In this document: positions 25,086-38,548 of the stretch, one piece after another
Layout of the letters: the number at the start of each line of letters is the position of its first letter
How positions within the stretch are numbered: position 1 is the first letter of the stretch
From: Callorhinchus milii
Taxonomy: Eukaryota
Direction of reading: 5' to 3'
Assembly (NCBI RefSeq): GCF_018977255.1
Contig: NW_024704743.1
Location: 107,758,001-107,822,000, forward strand
DNA length: 64,000 nt
Position numbers and translations under genes: made by a program
Notes under the pieces: generated by a model
Seen by the model: only the letters and a program-made list of their open reading frames with translations
Told to the model about the DNA's origin: nothing
The model's database searches: none

Positions 25086-27330
25086 CGGAACTTAAATTAC
25101 AACAACAAATTGCATTTATATAGCACCCCTCACGCAGGAGAAGGTCACAGAGCGCTTGACAGTGGCGGAGCACGATGCAAATTAATGTGGAATTAATGTG
25201 GATAAGATGACCAGGAGGGAAACCCACTGACTTTGTTTCAGATGCTAACCATCAATCGCCTCTCTCCCAAATCTCTCATAACCGCAACAATGGTCTCCTG
25301 TGTTCTGGATCTCTTGTCGCAGCAGTTTTCACTAATGCTGAGGATCTTTTGCAAAAGCTTTCCTTGCTGCAGATCTCTCAGGATGCTGGCTTGTCATGGT
25401 CTATCATATCTCTGGTTGCATTAGCATCTTGTGCTCTGATTCTCCCAGAACAGTTCTTTACCCCACTTCTCTCCTCCCTCTGAGCAGCAGAGATCTTCAT
25501 CAGCTAGTCCCTAACTCTGTAAACCTTGCGGTGTTGACAATTCACTTGAAGTGATTTTCAGAGTCACTTCACCCCAAGCGTAAATGGATTCTATTTCACA
25601 ATCCATAGCATTGTCTTCCTGAAAAAAATGTCAAACATACATTTCTCCCAAAATCAAACCCATTAAAACTTCAAGAAAACAGACTGAACCAAGGCTTGAA
25701 CAATTCCCAATGGTAAATTATTTTTACGCTACTTGTGTCTTTGACCCACATAATCCACTCATGGCTCCATCTCGTATGAGTTCAGCAATGGGCTGCTTGC
25801 TGGTGTAAAATTCATGTAATGAATAGGAGCCCATGTGTTATATTGAACAAAGAATTGCTTGCAGCTTAATGGAAGTACTTAACACTGACTGACTAACATG
25901 TTCAAGGTACCTTAATTCAAACGTGAAGCAATAATGGATAATCACTGGCATTGATATTGATACAGCACCTTATCACGTTGAAACATTTCAAAGTGCTTTA
26001 CAGGAATTGCTGTAAAGTGTAGTGACCATAATTTGTTGTTGTTGATTGTATAGTGGTACTATGGACAAAATCGACAGCTAATATGTGCACAGTAAAGTCC
26101 CACTAACAACCATGAAATGAATGACCAATTTTATCTGGGAAATTGTTGGTCAGAAAACTGGGAGAAACTCCCTTCTCTTTTCAAATAATGTCCTGGAATT
26201 TATAGCATTACAGGCAGAGAGAATGACATTGCAGGCATAGGCATAGGCATAGCCCATCATAGGCAGAGAGAGAGAGCGCTATCACTGGTGAAGAGAGAGG
26301 CCCATCACAAGAAGAGAGTGCGGTCACAAGTAGTGAAACGGTCAGGGAGCACAACTGAAGACAGAGAATTAAATTTGAGATAGCGAAGGAATTTAATTAA
26401 AAATCTTTGTGAGCAAGTGCATTCTTAGCAATACTATCTGTGCTTTGTCCAATTCAAAAGTATTTTGAAATACAGAACTGAAATTCTTGAGATGTTGACG
26501 GAGACGGGTAATGAGCTTCACTGTTCACTTCCCTTTCTATCAGATGAATTGTAGTAGCCAGTTCACTTTATTCATATTTTTCGGAGCCTACCCCTAACTG
26601 GGCAAGACAGTACAAATATAGATGCTTATTGTTGAATGACAAACCGTTGTGGTGGATGTTGAAATAAAAGTGGGGCGTGTTATCAGGCGACTCTGTGTGA
26701 AAGATGCCTCTGACTATTCTGTCTGAGCATGCAGCACTCAAAGTTATCAGTTATCTCACACACTGCATTCCTAGAACATACAAAAGCCGCCCAATTTGTT
26801 TCTATTTGTCAGAAGCTAATGATTTCAAATATTTATGCAAATAGGATTTGGTGTTAGTCAGCTGGGTGTCTTGTATCGTGCAATGAGCCTTCAATTCCAG
26901 TCACTGAGAAGTCTACACATATCAATTCTGGAGCGAGTGTACGTACTCCCTCCATGGGTTGGGGGGAAGGCACTAACAGAAGATTCACCTTCCCCAATCC
27001 CCACACCATGTGCCTATTCATGGAGAACAGAAGTATGGGTTGGCAAAAGCCAAGGCATCAGGGACCCCATGTTGCATGTTGGAAAAATAGAAGCAGATGT
27101 AGTTTACCAGTACAGTGTGCTGGAGCCAATAGGAAGAATCATATAACCACATAGATTTACAGCCCAGAAGAAGGCCTCACTCAGCCACTATACAAATGTA
27201 ATTTTGTTGTTGTTGTTGACTGTGCTTTCAATCATCTTTTCCCTCTGCACCACCCGGCTCCCACCTCCAGCTGTAAATGTGCTTTGAGACATACTCCCAA
27301 TGTGAAAGTTGCTATATAAACATAAATTGT

Positions 27331-27728
27331 GGAGTCCTGTAGCTCAGAGGTTAGAGCACTCGCCTCACAAGTGAGAGACCTGGGTTTGATTTCCAGCAGG
27401 GCAAAACCTTGGGCAAATTTTCTTACTCCCCATGCCTGATGATAATCCCTCAAGAATAAAATAATAAAATTAATAACTTAATCCATGACTGTTTGTGGGA
27501 CACTGCTGTGTGCAATTGGCTGCCGCGTTTTGCCCACAAATATACAGTCAATTCACTTAACAGTGTGTTCTGTGAAGCGCTTTGGGACGTCCTCCTGACG
27601 TGAAAAGCGCTATAACAAATGCAAGGATTATTATTATTATTATTCTGTGAAGCACTTTGAGATGTCTAGAAGACGTGAAAAGTGCTATATCAAATGCAAG
27701 GATTATTATTCATTGTTATATATTTACT
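27331..27728 (+). mobile_element. Full-length tRNA-derived SINE with doubled tail, inserted in an L2 tail
   Basis: Head ggagtcctgtagctcagaggttagagc, two tails, possible TSD ATAAATTGT (27322-27330 and 27729-27737). Confidence 0.9.
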
Positions 27729-28186
27729 ATAAATTGTATTGTCCTGTATTGATCTTTAATATCCACCCGAATAGGCGGACCGGATCTTGATTTATCGTCT
27801 CATCTGAAGGATGACACCTCCAATGCAACACATCTCCAGCACTGCACTGGAATACCAGCATGGATTATAAATTCCAATCTTCTGACTCAGAAGCGAGAGG
27901 ATTCATGTCTGCGCTGGCAAGATCTACATTTTTTAGAGGAAAGCAGTGTTTCACTCAGGAAGAACAAACATGTTTGGATTTCATAATGTGTTTGCACTGG
28001 CTATATTTAAATTTGAACAAAATGCTTCTCTGCTCATCAGTGATTTAAACTTTCTCGACAGAGCAGCCCAAACAGTCCCTGAATTATCTGTAGTCCAATT
28101 CAATTTGTTTCCCAATTCTTCAAATAATAGCATTATTAATAGCGTTGCACTTGCTCAAATTATATTCCTTCAATATCTCAAATAAT

Positions 28187-28620
28187 GTCAGCCTGGCTCA
28201 GGTGGTAGAATTCTCAGATCTGAGTCAGAAGGTTATGGCTCAAGTCCCATATCAGGCCGACACTCAAATGCAGTGCTGAGGGTGTGCTGCATTGTTGGCC
28301 TTCAAATGAGATGTTAAACTGAGGTCCAGTCTATCTGCTCATGGGGACAGTAACGATCCCATGGCATTATTTATTATTAATAGTAATTATAATCCTTGCA
28401 TTTGATATAGCGCCTAAGAAAAGGGAGTTTCTCCCACGTCCTCAGAAAATTGATCCTTTACTTCATAGCTGTATTGGGGACATTGCTGTGTGCAAATTGG
28501 CTGCAAGTTTGCCTACATATACACAAACATCCCATTTTACAGTAACAAACTGTGAAGTGCTTTGAGATATTCCTCCCAACCTGACAGGCACTATGCCAAA
28601 TGTAAGGCTTATTATTATTG
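28187..28620 (+). mobile_element. DeuSINE-like element with a nested antisense SINE-tail fragment (~28375-28412)
   Basis: Head gtcagcctggctcaggtggtag, core aaatgagatgttaaactgaggtcc, tail. Confidence 0.8.
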
Positions 28621-31600
28621 TAATAAAATTTACTCCTGATGGTTACTCTCACTTTGGGCTCCGAGGACAGGCAGGCAACTTCTCCTTGGTCTTTAACACT
28701 TTGGGTTAAAATTGGGCCAGCCTTCAACTTGACCTAAACCTAATGGTTCCCTTTAACTTAACATGATTTGGAGATTCATGAGACTTTGCAGCTTTGCAAG
28801 AAGGAGCTTTGCACCAGCTCAGCGTGTAGATAAGGAACAGGGAGCTCTTTATCCTCTGATCAAACTGTGATCTCCAAAAGATTACGGTTGATCTGAGCAT
28901 ACCGGCACAGACAGGTTAAGGGAAATTCAAGCATCACATTACATCTGAGCTGCCATTTCCAGAGTTAGAGTCAGATACCAGTCAAAAAGTCTGTTCAGCG
29001 TTGTCCTATGAGTATCATTTTCTCCAATTAACGTTTGCCATTGAGGATTTCAATGTGCCTTTTTTAATCTGTGGAGAGAGTAATTTGTATTCAAAAAAGA
29101 AGCAATTCAAACAATTAAAATTTCTTAAATAATTTAGGTCGCTGCCTGTTAAATTTGATCATGGCTGCTTCAGAGAGCAGCAGACAGAAACTGGATATCA
29201 TACGTGAGGGAATATTAGTGGTGAAGTTGCAGCATCTGCAAAGTACTCGTTTCTAGTCTTTCTCACTGTAGATATGCATCAGTTTGCTTTCACCTATGAA
29301 CAACCTTTAGGTGGGGGGAAGGGTGGAAGAATTGTTGGAAGCTGTAATAATCTAACTCAGAGTGTCTGAGAATCTTTACACTTTAAAACGGTTCTCGTAC
29401 CTTCAAAAGGTGAATCTGAAACCATTGCCAGGCAGCAGGTAAAACAACGCTATGCACAGGAAATGATTGAGGTTAGCACAAAGCTGCCCTGGGAAAGCAG
29501 CACTCTAACCCTTATGAGTCATTGTACTGTTCTTCACTGATCAGAAACAACTTGGGCAATGTGAGGAAATGCTATTGATGTGTCGAGAAGTGACTAAAAT
29601 CTGCATTCTCATCAAATAACCCAGTCAAGGCTCACTCACCAAGTTTGTGAGTGTTAGAGCTCTGTGGTACCAGACCTCAGTTTGAGTCACTGTCTTACTT
29701 CATCATTAGAGGGGATAAAATTGATGGGAAACAAAATCCTATCTGTCTTCCCTTGCCTCTATAGGCCTATATGTTGTTTATGCCTTGGGACGCAAGCTTT
29801 GAATTTGGTCGTTGATTTCCCTGAAAACTGACTAAAAGCTTTTCTGATCAGTTATTCGGTGCCAGGATATTATTGTTTGCCACAATCTTGTCATTCAACT
29901 GTCCACGTCTAACATCTAATGCTTTTTTGCAACTGATAACCATCCTCACCTATCCAATTCTTTGCTGGCTTCACAAAATAATTGAGCACCAAGACATCGG
30001 TGATTCCAATGTTGGTGCTGAATGGGGCAGTTCAATGTGGCTACATAGAATATGGGTTTAACTCAATTTGTATCCCTGCAGCTGCACTCAAACATTGCAC
30101 TTTGTGGGGTGAATGACCTTCTATCATTTAATTTCCTACATACCTGTGTTTTGGGAATGCCTATGAGGAGGAATGAAATTCTGCCATCAGGCACATTGCT
30201 GACCCTGGCAGTGGATGCTTACGTGGATGTTTCACTGTTGAACGTGCACTGTGGTGGATCTATAACTAGCAGATTTCGCCCTCCAAGCTTTAAAAAAGTA
30301 CTTGGCAGCAAGTAGTAGGTGTGTGGAGGGAGAAAGGGGAGAGAAGCGGTGGTGCAAAATGCAGTCTAAATTTAGGAATCGGTATTGTAAGGATTCCGAA
30401 TTGCCTGGAATTGATGGGGACAGACTCCTGCCTTTTCAGACACTTCTCGATGATAACATCGGTGAAGTACTTGAGTTCTGGTTATTGGAATTGCAGCTTT
30501 ACAGTGTGCTATTTGTTTAGTTAAATGTTTGATTCAGATCTAGACTGCATCTCTTGAAGTGGACAGCAATCACATTGGTGGTGACCAAGGCTTGAATCGG
30601 TTTTGGTGACTGAGTCTTTAAATTCATGATCAAATGGAAGGTAACCCTTTAATCGTAAACAATAATTTATAAAATGTTTACAATGGAGGCAGTTATCTTT
30701 ACTTAGAGAGTTTTTCTTCTCAGAAATTGATTGTTCAGCTAATGCTTGAGAGTCTCAGGGCTGGACTCAGGATGGATATCATTGTCTCCAAGGAACTCTG
30801 TGAAGTTATACGATGAGGTTGTAGCCATACAAACAGGTCAATTGTGGAAGTGGAGGTGGGATCCAGATGTCAAGGATAGAACAATCCTATCAGAATATAG
30901 TGGGCGAAGGGGCTGGGGGAGAGGGAGAGAGGAACAAACTCAGTCCTGTAGGCTTTCCTGGAAAATCTGCACAATAATGGGAAAAGAGAGTCGCTCTCTT
31001 CGAATTGATTCATGGCAGGATTCAGGAGCTGAATAACTCCAATGAATAACAGCTCATTCCAACTTCTCAATAACTAACAGAAAAATCTTTATTTGTAATA
31101 AATTAGCTCGGCTTGACAACAAAATTTGCTCATGATGCAGTTCTTCAGGGATTGATCCAATTTTTCTCCCCCACATATGTTAAGTTAGATAGTACACTGC
31201 AACAATACAGTGAAAATCGATCCAAACATACAGGAAATCTTTACTTGTTCCTAGTTTGTCAGCATCCAGTCAACCCGCAGGGAGGGTTGTCGAGGCCAGG
31301 GCACTGGACCTGTTTAAAAACAGTTTGACGCTGTGATGGGAACATAGTAGGGAGGGTATTCTGGAAGGATGAAGTCAGATTCACCAAAGGACTTTTTTCA
31401 TCGAACAATCTTGTGATCCTGTGAGATGCTCCCACCCCCAGCTCGGGGGTGTTGAAACCAGGATTGTTAAGTGCCTTGGTACCTCCTCCCTATGTAAAAG
31501 GCTCTGTATAAATATAAACTAGTATTGTATTGTACGTTAAACCGAAGTCCTGTTGCCATTTTTAGGTGGATGGTGAAGATCCTATTACACTATTTGGAAA

Positions 31601-33424
31601 GAGAAAGAAGTTTCTGCTGTGGTTTCCCCAGTGCCTAGGGATGTGCTCCTAATGTGAAAGGTGCTATATAAATGCAATTTGTTGTTGTTGTTTTTGTTGA
31701 TGTCCTGAACAACAATCGCTCAGATAAATTGGTCCTTTGCCTCATGACTATTTGTGGGACTAGCACAATCTCCTGTGCTTCCCTACAAAAATAGCCACCA
31801 CTCTTGACAATACATTAATCACCTGTGAAATGCTTTGAGATGTTTTGATGCGATCAGACAGTTTTAAATATTCTTTCTGATTTTTTTTCCTTCTCTAGAC
31901 TCCGAGGCAAATTGTTGCACCTTCACTGGCATTCCAGCTTAAAATGAAGAAAAAACTTGTGCTTTGTTCCTGAACGAACTGATGAAAGATCAAATTGAAT
32001 ACAAGTGAATCACAGCTGCACAGAACCTCGATTCACCCTCGTGCAAAAGGTCACCTCTTTCTTATACACTACGTACATGAGCTGGCAGAACAACAGGGTG
32101 CAACAGGGATAGTTACCTCATTTAACTGATCTTTTCAGTTGTTCTGAGTACAGAAAGAGACTGGAGAATTGGGTGGGTTAACTAGGGGGCAAACCCAAAT
32201 CCCTGGCCTAATGCAAGCTCTGCCAACCTCGCTTCTTCCGCAGGTGATGATTACTTGTGTTTAAACTTGCTTGTGCATAGTTTGTTTCTTAATTTTATTG
32301 CAATTGTATTTACCAGACACTTTATAGAGGTCAGAATACATTTCCAGAAAATGGCCCAAATGCACAGTTTTGAAGCTGACCGGCAAAGTGGAGAGAGATA
32401 CTGCTGAAATTAAAGCAGAAATCTTGAGGTTAGATAGTTCCATAACTACTCAAAAGAATGTGTGGAAATTGAGGTTTTGAAAACATCGGCCAAATAAAAA
32501 AAGGAAATGCTGAAAAGTGAGACAAAAATAATGCTTTCTTCGGCGGATCTTTCAAAAGATGGTTTGAAAATCTATCCCTTTGCAGAGAGGAAACCCTCTC
32601 TCTGCTACTTCCCAGCTGACAGCTCACAGCACATTATGACACTAATCTGCTTTCCAAACAGATCTGGCTATATGTAGGACAAAAACAAGCTGTCGTCACC
32701 CTGTTCGTTCGCCCTAAGGTATACTTCCCCCCTTGACCTTTTAAAGAACCCTTCAATGACAGACAGATTAAAATAACAATTATTAATAATGCAGATCTCT
32801 CTCAGTCTCCGGCTCTGTATTGGAGGACGCGCTCACTCATAATGCACTTACCATGTCTGTCAAATCATACATTCTGCCTTTAACATTTCCATTGGTGGCT
32901 AAAAGTCTAGTTGCCGAATCTTGTTTATCTCCCTCTCCACTTCGCCCATCCACCCCGCTCACCCCTCCCCTCCCCTTCCCCCCATCCACCCACACCCAAC
33001 AATAGAAATACAAAGTTCTGTCCTTTCCAGCAGTGTCGCTCAGGCCTCATAGTCACAGCTGTGCTCTTTGTTCTGCTGAAATGAATCCCAGAGTCATATC
33101 ACAGCTGTTGAAACTTTCCCCCACTCGTAGTAATCCCTCCTTTGTAATGTGCAGCCTTCTTTTTTTGCGCAATTCAAAACCACGTCGATTGCCTCCAACC
33201 AGTGATTGTGAATAAATGATCACTTTGTGTTAATCGTATAATTTGCGTTGCTTTGTGATGAATCGTGGTGTTTTAAGGTGAGGAGTGAGTGAGTGGAGGG
33301 AGGGGGGGTTAGGGGAGGGGGTCTTTTACACAAACGACTCCACCGTGTATTTAAAAGAATGAAATGATTTAGTGAAAATAAAATCTGCTTCCTTTTGATT
33401 TATGAAAAGATAGCAGCTTTTATT

Positions 33425-33535
33425 CGCTCACAAAATATACAGTCAATTCACTTTACAGTGTATTCTGTGAAGCGCTTTGAGATGTCTTGAAGACACGATA
33501 AGGTGCTATATCAAATGCAAGGATTATTCTTCTTA
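33425..33535 (+). mobile_element. SINE 3' fragment
   Basis: cacaaaatatacagtcaattcactttacagt...caaatgcaaggattatt. Confidence 0.8.
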
Positions 33536-33756
33536 TTGTAATGATGATAATTTAAAAGGACAGTTATGTTAATTGCATCAATGCCCAAAAAGAATGAAGA
33601 AAACAAAAAGGATTTTTTTAGGAACATGAGATATTTTTCCATGTTACTAAATATTATTAACTTTTTAACTTTTTAACATACGACTGCTAAAACTGCGGAG
33701 ATTTTTCTTTATTTGCAGGATTTGCAAGTGATGTATCTGCGGAGTTATGGAAGGAG

Positions 33757-33898
33757 AGGGATTAACGGATATGGGGATAAGGCGGGCAGATGGAGTTAGG
33801 TTAGAAGATCAGCCATGATCTTATTGAATGGTGGGGAAGGCTCGAGGGGCTGAATGGCCTACTCCTGCTCCTAATTCCTATGTTCCTATGTTCCTATG
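33757..33898 (+). mobile_element. CR1 (HER1-like) LINE 3' end
   Basis: gatcagccatgatcttattgaatgg...gaatggcctactcctgctcct followed by an 8-bp (TTCCTATG)n terminal repeat. Confidence 0.85.
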
Positions 33899-36289
33899 AG
33901 CAGTCGGTCACCTGAATGAACCTCTGCAGAATAATACACTGGATTGTGAGAACACATTAGCCACTGTGCAAGCTGTCGACAACCACTCAGGCCGCTCTTC
34001 AGAAGTCACAAGGGATCTCTGACCGCCTGCCTCCTGAAGGAAGGATTGCTGGTTTCTGAACATTGCACAAACAGATTAATGACAGAGCCAGGCTTCACTG
34101 CTGCTCTCAACCACAATTGCATCATGTTATTACAGTATGATCATGTCGTTTATGAATCTGGCTGAAACCAACCAGTGGAAGTGACATTGCGAATGGACTA
34201 ATCTCTAAAGATGGACTGCGGGTCTGATATTTTCCTTTCTTCAACACTCTGAGTGTGTGTTGGGAAAGTCTACTCACAAGGTCACAAGATTGGTTCAAAT
34301 GAATAAGGCCCTTCGACCCATTTAATCTCAACCCTCCAGGATACCCACTCTACCATCTTCCCATCACAGCGTCAAGCTATTTTTTTAAAAAGAAGTTCAG
34401 CGCCTGGCCTCAACTATTCTTCCCAGCAACCTATTTCTGTTGTTCATTACCCTCTTGGTAAAGAAAAACATCTTGCTGTGTGTCCTGAAATTGCCCTTAT
34501 GAACTCTAAACCTGTGTCCCCTTGTTCTACTGTACTATATATCTAAACTATTGCTGATGTGTCAATGGTCGCTGAAACAGAGACAGTTACTAGCCCAGGT
34601 TACTGAATAAGGAATTATTGTAAAAATTGGGTCTCCTCGTAGCCGGAAGCGTGTCATGTGTGAACTCTGATCCGATGCCATCTAATTCTTGTCTAGTTCC
34701 TGAAGTAGAGTCTGTGGGAATTCTAACGGAATGTCTTATTAATTTGGGCAATTCTATGTTTTAAGATTATTGACAAAAATCAACTACAAACTGAAACAAC
34801 TATTCAGGAACCTGTTAGAAATCACTATTAATGTTTGAGTGGTCTTTGATAGGATGCCTCCCTAACCTTAGCCCATTGATATACATATTACTATCCAGTG
34901 ATGGACATTGGAGGATCCTAGCACTACATGAAGTCTTCTTGTAACTCCTCACCACAGTGTATGGATTAAAGCCCAGGTTCCTTGTCTTTAGGGGTGTGGG
35001 GGGCTCCTATCACCAGATGTCTCATCTTTGCTCTCCTTTGAAATCACCACAGGCGTTTGGAATGACTCCAACCATATGGATTTGGAAGGATCTGCTATAG
35101 AGAATATTTTATGAATTGATTTTGGCACATCCATAACGGCAGCTGTTTTATAATCATTCCCCAGAAGACAGGGAACCAATAATTACTCAATAAATCTTTA
35201 GGGACAAAGGCCATAAGAGATTTGGATGAGGTGGTGATTATTCTATTGACCAGAATGTGGTACGGTGTGGAAAGATAATAAAGTATTGCCATTTTTAGCC
35301 GTCAGGGTATGATTGACCTCAGTTCTTTCTGGAGTGGTGTGAGGAATGCCATCTGTAGAGAAAAGCAGACTATGGTTCAATATTAGTGATGTGGGGATGA
35401 ATGAGGCTAGTTCAGTTAATGCTTAATTACCTTCCATGACCTCCAAAGACACTACTACCTAAGCTAGTCCTTCTGCTCAGCAAATACAGCCTGCGTCACG
35501 TCCCATGCCAGTTCTACCCCCTACTATTGGTGGGCAATCCTTCAGTCATTCTGCTTCCACTTTCTGGAACTACATCCTGGTAACACCCTTCTCCCTACTC
35601 TCCCCACTTGCCCTCTCCCTCTCTGCCTTCAAAACCAACCTTAACCTATCTCTCTGATCTGTTGGTCACCTTTCCCCTTCCACAAAATCAAGATCACAAA
35701 ATCACTCTTTTCAGGGAAGGACTGAAATATAGAAACTTTGTATGTATCCTTCTTTCCCTCCAATAGCATTGTCCTTGACAGAGGCGATCCAACATTTATA
35801 AAGGAAATCCCTTGAAGTTGCTTAATAATGCAATTATTATGAAAATTGTGACAGATCTGATTTAGTTTCCTGGAGGTTTATTTTGAAGGATTGGTTTGGA
35901 AGTTGATACTTTAACAATAGGGAGTTGACAAGAAAGTTAAAGTGCCTGGCGCATTTCCCCTTTAAAGAGATGAGAACCAGATGATCCCTTATAGAATGCA
36001 GGACCCTGGAGGATTTCACGAGTACGCTTCTGGGATTATTACCACCAGCAATATCAGGACAAGCTGGTTGCTACCAATGACAACAACTGAATAGCATGAA
36101 CGTAAGAAAAGGAAATCAGACATATAAGTGGGAAAATGAAATAAAGCTTGAGGAAACCAGAAACTCCAAATTTCAGGAATAAAACAAATTGCTTGCCTTA
36201 AAAATGCAACTTCCTTCTTTTTTTTTAGATACTGGCGTTAGAGAGAATGGTTACATTTTCCACAATGCTGCTGCAACTGTGTGTAACTA

Positions 36290-36660
36290 ATAATGATAAT
36301 AATAATCCTTACATTTGGTGTAGCGCTTTTCAAGTTGGCAGGACATCCCAAAGCACTTCACGGAATATACTGTAAAGCAGAGTGACTGCATCTTGTGAGT
36401 GAACACTGCAGCCAATTAGTGCAGAGCAATGTCCAGCAAACAGCCATGAGGTGAATGAACAATTCTTTTTTTATCTGGGGGATTGTTGGCCGGGATACTG
36501 GGAGAAATTCCCTTCTTTATTCTCTTCATTCTCTCCAGCACCTTGGGACGACCTCCCGACGTGAAAGGCGCTTTACAAATGTAATTTTGATGTTGTTGTT
36601 TATTCATATAGTACCATGGGATCTTTAACGTCCACACTGAGCAGACAGACAGAGCCTCAA
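36290..36660 (-). mobile_element. DeuSINE-like fragment with a nested + strand L2 tail (~36530-36602)
   Basis: SINE tail and core atagtaccatgggatctttaacgtccac, interrupted by gggacgacctcccgacgtgaaaggcgct...(TTG)n. Confidence 0.75.
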
Positions 36661-37169
36661 GTGAATGATAGATGTTACTTCTTCCCATTTCTTTCTCAGT
36701 ACGATAATACAGTGCCAAATAGACAGCTACTGAATTATTCTGGAAAAGCCTAATTAAAAGAAGGTAACATCTATTATTTACTAAAAGACAAGTGCACTTT
36801 GCTAATTCCCCTGCATTCCTCCACCTTGAGATGCCATAAATTACTTAACAATAACTGACTCCTGCGTGACACATGAATTATTGGTAAGAATTCATCAGTA
36901 CCAGAATTGTTTCATTAAATAACACTAATCAGCATGGGATGGATATGCAGGGCAATAATGTGAACAAAGATAAATACACTACTAAGCTGAGCTAATATAT
37001 TGCATCCTCAAATTATCCCTAGTGCTGCTTGCCTGTAGTCATTATTCTATTTGACTGACTCACGGGCTTAGCCTTAAGACCATATTCAAAATCTAAGACT
37101 GAGCAGAATTTTGCAAAATTCTTAATTTCCATTCTTAATTTGGAAGCCAGTTTTCTCCCTTCAAATCCT

Positions 37170-37766
37170 CCAGGTAAGTGGAATCTCTTTGGTGCTGAAC
37201 TGAATCCAAGGTGATATCCCTGGCAATGGAATGTCAGAACCAAGCCAGGCCTCTGTGGCGGTCTGTAGTCCGGTTCCTGCGCCAGGCTGGTCCGCAGTAT
37301 TCCAGGGCACTGCTGCTGACAGCACAGCCACCCTGGCTCGTCGATAGGACCTGGAATGCCACACCAGTCACTGGGGGTAGAGAGTCATCCCACTCAGCTC
37401 CTGTTAACCCTGCAAGTGAAAGCCCTAATGGGTAGAGTGGTCCTAGCTGGACAAGCAGTGGGAAAACTTGCCAGACAGCGATATCAATGGCAAGCTCTGC
37501 AATTTTAGCTGGTCAGATTCCAGCAGTACCCCAACACACACTTCGGGGTCCCAAGCCTTGGCTCTTGCCAACCTACGTTAATACCTTCCTGAATTAGTTA
37601 AGCAGGATACGTCCCTCCAGGGAGAGACTGCATTCCATTCCAATAATCTATCTATAGGATTTCCATGTGTAGGTGGGATGCATGGAAATCTCAGCTTGGT
37701 TTGGATCTTCTTAAGCATGGTGATGGGTTTCCGCACATGTCAGACACCCGGCTGATCAAAAAAAAA
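37170..37766 (+). repeat. Unidentified ~600 bp poly(A)-tailed interspersed repeat (copy A)
   Basis: Colinear with the reverse complement of 39801-40442 (e.g. ccagtcactggggg, aaagccctaatgggtag, ctagctggacaa, cagcagtaccccaa, cattccattccaataa). Ends gctgatc-A9. Confidence 0.85.
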
Positions 37767-37780
37767 CCTTCAAATCAATA

Positions 37781-37996
37781 TTATTTGGGGATACATGTTC
37801 ATTATTTGGGTTGCGTATTCATTATGTGAGTATGTGTGTTCATTGTGTGAATATATGTGTTCATTATTTGTGTTGCATGTTCATTATGTGAGTGCGCGTG
37901 TTCATTATTTGAGGATACATGTTCATTATGTGGGGATATGTGTTCATTATGTGGGGATATGTGTTCGTATGTTCACTAATTGTTCATCATTTGAGT
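37781..37996. repeat. Degenerate minisatellite, ~20-22 bp unit with core TGTTCATTAT, about 10 copies
   Basis: For example tgttcattatgtggggatatg is repeated directly. Confidence 0.85.
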
Positions 37997-38529
37997 GAAG
38001 CCAGTTTTGGAGAACGGAACTTTGTCACACTTTGTGAGGTGCTGGCAATGCTCCCAGGTCGGCTGGAGCTCTCGTTAGACATACAAGTACAGGAAAAGTC
38101 TTTTCACTTGTCCCAGAAATCCCACTTTGCCAAACAAGCAAACATACTAGGTGGTAAGAGAGAAAATAAATCCATGCAGCAAAGCCATATGTGTTTTATA
38201 GAGTGCTATTTGGCTGACTCCCAAACATTGCGCTGCAGTTAGAACCACAATTAGATTCCGAATACTGAAACTGCGGGGATTATTCTCTCCTTGTCACTCA
38301 ATTTACCACTGCTGGTGCAAAACACCAAAGGTAATAACTTCCAACAAGGAGAGGACAACACTCCCCACCTCCCACAGTATGTTTAAACTTCCATAACTTG
38401 TTTTCCTTCATTGAATGTAAGTTTCAAAAAAGTGGTTGAGTTGGTATTTTAAGGATAGATGGATTTAATATGTTTTTAGCATGTTTGTACATGCTACATG
38501 CTATCCAATGTAGTGTTAACTAAATGAGC

Positions 38530-38548
38530 TAGTGACACCTGCTGGCAG
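38530..38548 (-). promoter_or_regulatory. Candidate CTCF binding site
   Basis: Minus strand CTGCCAGCAGGTGTCACTA fits the CTCF core consensus. Motif match only. Confidence 0.5.

Noticed and set aside
26210..26370. Degenerate purine-rich tandem repeat (gcccatcac/taggcagagaga-like)
   Set aside because: Too degraded to define a unit, with no functional cue.
37781..37996. CRISPR-like array
   Set aside because: Eukaryotic context, no unique spacers, no cas genes; it is a minisatellite.
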